Assembly: GCA_012960805.1 (NCBI GenBank)
Contig: DUAO01000013.1
Coordinates: forward strand, 1-38,847
Direction: 5' to 3'
Length of the DNA stretch: 38,847 bases
Source: Flavobacteriales bacterium
Lineage (GTDB): Bacteria; Bacteroidota; Bacteroidia; Flavobacteriales; BACL11
This document shows, in pieces, positions 35,797 to 38,847 of this stretch. A model generated the notes under the pieces. The model saw nothing but the letters and a program-made list of their open reading frames with translations, did not search any database and was not told the DNA's origin. The stretch's first letter is position 1. Each line of letters starts with the position of its first letter. The position numbers and the translations under genes are program-made.

Positions 35797-37212
35797 TTAA
35801 CTTAAATGATTGCTAAAGGCTAATAAATCGACTTCTTTAAAATGGTCTGCCATTAAATGCAGTCCAATTGGAAGACCATTAGAATGTTTTCCTAAAGGAA
35901 TTGATATTGCGGGATTGCCAGCAAGATTTGCTTGTACCGTAAAGATGTCCTCCAAATACATAACTGTTGGATCAGTATGTTTTGTTCCTATCTCAAAAGG
36001 GGTGTGAGGTGTTGTGGGGGAAATTACAAAATCATAATCCTTAAACATTTCATTTGTTTTGTCTTGTATTAGTCGTCTTATTTTTTGTGCTTTTGTAAAA
36101 TAAGCATCATGATATCCAGCGCTCAATACAAAGGTTCCTAACATAATTCTTCTTTTTACTTCTTCCCCAAATCCTTCTGTTCTACTGTTGATATAAGTAC
36201 TTTCTAAATCAGTAATATTTTTGCTTCTATAACCAAAATGTACGCCATCAAAGCGAGCAAGATTAGATGAAGCCTCTGCTGTGGTAATTACATAATAAGT
36301 CGGTACTAAATAATCTAAATAAGGAAAAGATACCGGCTCAACAATATGTCCTTCTGATTTTAATTTTAAGATTTTATCTTCTATTACTTGCTTTATCTCT
36401 GCATCTAAACCTTTACTTTCTAAACATTCTTTTATATATGCAATTCGCTTAGGTTTATTGTCAAATTTTGCTTTTGAATATTCTTCAACCGATTTAGATG
36501 AAACTGTACTATCAAAATTATCAGCCCCAGCAATTATCTCCAGTAATAATGCAGCATCTTCAACATTATTTGTTAGTGGTCCTATTTGATCAAAAGAAGA
36601 CGCATAAGCAATCAAACCATAACGAGAAACACGAGCGTAGGTTGGCTTAAGCCCAACAATGCCGCAAAATGCCGCTGGCTGCCTGATAGAACCTCCGGTA
36701 TCACTTCCTAAAGCTGCTAAACATAATCCTGCAGCTACTGCAGTAGCAGAGCCTCCCGAACTACCTCCTGCAACTTTTGAATTATCAATCGGGTTTTTTA
36801 CAGTGCCGTAAATAGTGTTTTCATTTGCCGAACCCATTGCAAATTCATCACAATTTAAGCGACCAATAATTATAGCATCTTCTGCAAGTAATCGATCAAT
36901 AACAGTTGCGGTAAACAAGGATTCAAAACTATCTAGAATTTTGGAGGAGGCAGATACTTTATGTTTTTTGTAACACAAATTATCCTTAATACCAATAACC
37001 ATTCCTGCAAGTTTCCCGGCTTTTCCATTACTTAATTTTTCATCAACTAGTTTTGCTTGAGCTAAGGCCTCATCAGTATACACCTCAACAAAAGCATTTA
37101 AGTGTTGGTTTTTAGTAATTTCATTAAGGTAGAAATTAGTAATTTCTACACAGTTTGTAGAATGGGTTAAAAGTGCCTCTTGCACTTTTTTAAAAGAACG
37201 AAAAGTTGTCAA
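35797..37212 (-). CDS. gatA: Asp-tRNA(Asn)/Glu-tRNA(Gln) amidotransferase subunit A
   Basis: Amidase signature IKD, DEFAMGS, GGSSGGS, GSDTGGSIRQPA; GatA-typical EASSNLARFDG..FG.R and EVKRRIMLGT. TTG start. Confidence 0.93.
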   Translation of the reverse strand: MTTFRSFKKVQEALLTHSTNCVEITNFYLNEITKNQHLNAFVEVYTDEALAQAKLVDEKLSNGKAGKLAGMVIGIKDNLCYKKHKVSASSKILDSFESLFTATVIDRLLAEDAIIIGRLNCDEFAMGSANENTIYGTVKNPIDNSKVAGGSSGGSATAVAAGLCLAALGSDTGGSIRQPAAFCGIVGLKPTYARVSRYGLIAYASSFDQIGPLTNNVEDAALLLEIIAGADNFDSTVSSKSVEEYSKAKFDNKPKRIAYIKECLESKGLDAEIKQVIEDKILKLKSEGHIVEPVSFPYLDYLVPTYYVITTAEASSNLARFDGVHFGYRSKNITDLESTYINSRTEGFGEEVKRRIMLGTFVLSAGYHDAYFTKAQKIRRLIQDKTNEMFKDYDFVISPTTPHTPFEIGTKHTDPTVMYLEDIFTVQANLAGNPAISIPLGKHSNGLPIGLHLMADHFKEVDLLAFSNHLS

Positions 37213-37224
37213 TGCCTAAAATTT

Positions 37225-37398
37225 TTAGTCCTCTAAATCTTTTTCAATTTCTTCTTTCCCTTTTTTGAATTCACTAATCCCCTTTCCTAGTCCTTTCATT
37301 AATTCTGGAATTTTTTTACCTCCAAACAATAATAAAACAACTAAAACAATAAGAACAATTTGCCAAGCACCAACTACTAATAATATTGCTAATGTCAT
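37225..37398 (-). CDS. tatA: Twin-arginine translocase TatA/TatE subunit (57 aa, absent from the ORF track)
   Basis: Manual translation [57 protein letters not shown]: TM helix, FG hinge, amphipathic helix. Confidence 0.95.
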   Translation of the reverse strand: MTLAILLVVGAWQIVLIVLVVLLLFGGKKIPELMKGLGKGISEFKKGKEEIEKDLED

Positions 37399-37422
37399 AA
37401 TTTTTGAAATTTAATTATTCTG

Positions 37423-37430
37423 CAAATTTA
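37423..37430 (-). promoter_or_regulatory. -7 box TAAATTTG for tatA-gatA
   Basis: TAAATTTGC on the minus strand, 24 nt upstream of the tatA ATG. Confidence 0.65.
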
Positions 37431-37441
37431 TGCATTTTGAT

Positions 37442-38695
37442 TTAATAAGCCTTATATAACCATTTAGATGGGTCGTGTTTATCATACCCCTCCCAAATTT
37501 CAAAATGCAATTCTGTTTTTTCTTCTACTTCTTGCGTGAAGATGATTCCTATTTTCTCCTTAGATAAAAGCTTATCACCAACTTTTACACTCACTTCTTC
37601 CAGCCCAGAGTACACGGTAAAATACTCACCATGATTGATTAAAATTGCCTTTCCTTCACCTTTAATAAAAAATATTCTGCTAATTGTACCATCAAAAACA
37701 GCTCTAACAATGGCTTTTTTGTCAGTTGCAATATCAATTCCGTTATTAAACGTTTCTATCCCAACAAAAACAGCATGTTTTTGTTTGCCATAACCTTGTA
37801 CAATCACCCCTTTTTCTAATGGCCATGGGAGTTTCCCTTTATTATTATTAAATTCTGATGATAGTGCTATTGCTCTTGGGGTTAAAGCAAATCCTTTATT
37901 CTTTTTTTCCGCCTCCTCTCTAGTTTTACGTATTTCCTCTTCAATAATCTTTCGTATTTCATCATCCAAAGCTTTTGCTTGTCTTTGTTTGTCTTGTAGT
38001 TGCTTTTTGAATATTATTTCTGAATTACTTAGATTATAAATCAGCTCTTGTTTTTCATGCTTGGTATTGCTAATTGCAATTAACTCTTTCTTCTTAGCGC
38101 TAATCAACTCTTTTTTTGATGCTGATTCTAAGATAAGTTGATCTTTTTGAGTATTTAAATCAACTTTTTGACTTTCTAGTTCCTTTTGACTTTCAGTTAT
38201 TTTTTCAACCTGATTTTTACGAAAAGATGTATATTGCCTTAAATACACTATGCGCTTGTAAGCTTGATTAAAATCTTCAGCAGAAATAATAAACATCAAA
38301 TCATTACGATTGCCTTTCTTTTTAAAACAAGCATAAATCATTTTCGCATATTCGCTTTTTAGCAATTCTAAATTCTCCTGTTCTGTTTTAATTGATTGCT
38401 CTGTTTTAATAATAGCCTGTTCTGTTTTTTGGACTTGCTTATTCAGCAAACTTATCTCAATATTCAAGGTCTGTGACAAATATTCTTGATTTTGAATTTG
38501 TTTATCTAAAATTTTTAAATAACTGAGTGATTTATCTTTATTTGTTTTTGTTTTTTTTAATAACTCGGCAGTATAACTTATCTCTTTTTCGATGGCTAAT
38601 TTTTGTTTTTTCAACTCTTCTTTTGTTTGTGAAAAAGCTGAAAAACTCAATAAAAATGCAAAAAAGACAAGGATATATTTATTCCGCCTCAACAT
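37442..38695 (-). CDS. EnvC-like murein hydrolase activator (coiled coil plus degenerate M23 domain)
   Basis: Long coiled coil, KG.LPWP; NNGID in place of HxxxD and VYSGL lacking the His, as in non-catalytic EnvC. Start at 38695 (MLRRNKYILVFF) preferred. Confidence 0.85.
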   Translation of the reverse strand: MLRRNKYILVFFAFLLSFSAFSQTKEELKKQKLAIEKEISYTAELLKKTKTNKDKSLSYLKILDKQIQNQEYLSQTLNIEISLLNKQVQKTEQAIIKTEQSIKTEQENLELLKSEYAKMIYACFKKKGNRNDLMFIISAEDFNQAYKRIVYLRQYTSFRKNQVEKITESQKELESQKVDLNTQKDQLILESASKKELISAKKKELIAISNTKHEKQELIYNLSNSEIIFKKQLQDKQRQAKALDDEIRKIIEEEIRKTREEAEKKNKGFALTPRAIALSSEFNNNKGKLPWPLEKGVIVQGYGKQKHAVFVGIETFNNGIDIATDKKAIVRAVFDGTISRIFFIKGEGKAILINHGEYFTVYSGLEEVSVKVGDKLLSKEKIGIIFTQEVEEKTELHFEIWEGYDKHDPSKWLYKAY

Positions 38696-38847
38696 AAGAG
38701 CTTGGTATTTTAAAAGGTAGTTTTTGTTTTTCATTAAAAACTATTTTTGAATAATCTAATGTGGCTTCAAAATTTTCAGAAGATCTAACGCTTATTGAAA
38801 ATTGTTTTGGGAAGATAAATTCATTTTGATTTATGAATGATGAAAAT
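38679..38847 (-). CDS. 3' end of a DUF4292-like protein (partial)
   Basis: Open frame ...FPKQFSISVRSSENFEATLDYSKIVFNEKQKLPFKIPSSYVEAE*; the F.IP..Y terminus and position before the EnvC-like gene are typical of the family. Confidence 0.7.
   Translation of the reverse strand, partial: FSSFINQNEFIFPKQFSISVRSSENFEATLDYSKIVFNEKQKLPFKIPSSYVEAE

Noticed and set aside
1-38847. CRISPR arrays, IS elements, prophage, defence or toxin-antitoxin genes, riboswitches, recoded stop codons
   Set aside because: No spaced repeats or such protein motifs seen. Nearly all sequence is explained by full-length core genes under the standard code, with leaders too short for riboswitches.

Overview
AT-rich, very compact chromosomal housekeeping region of a Bacteroidota genome, probably a streamlined Flavobacteriales (inferred from TAnnTTTG -7 promoters, absence of obvious Shine-Dalgarno sites, T9SS genes, alpha2-type GlyRS and asnS-rpoN synteny). 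Translation genes: glyQS, gltX, asnS, gatA, mnmG, ybeY and a tRNA-Arg(UCG). Other core genes: folB, dxs, recO, rpoN and tatA (missed by the ORF track). It also holds cell-wall enzymes (MltD-like, M23, EnvC-like) and many type IX secretion components and substrates (PorZ, PorP/SprF, a PD40-OmpA protein, type A, type B and minimal CTD proteins). I saw no mobile element, CRISPR array or defence system, and no clearly new multi-gene system. The best non-obvious signals are: a parS-like palindrome inside the methyltransferase after mnmG that also encodes a zinc-ribbon Cys; six genes whose start codon sits 4-5 nt after the -7 promoter box (predicted leaderless mRNAs); a tRNA-Arg with UCG anticodon; a T11 tract in the signal peptide of the large T9SS type B protein; and an FN3 protein with an unrecognised domain and a minimal CTD. 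All family calls are by motif recognition, with no database searches.
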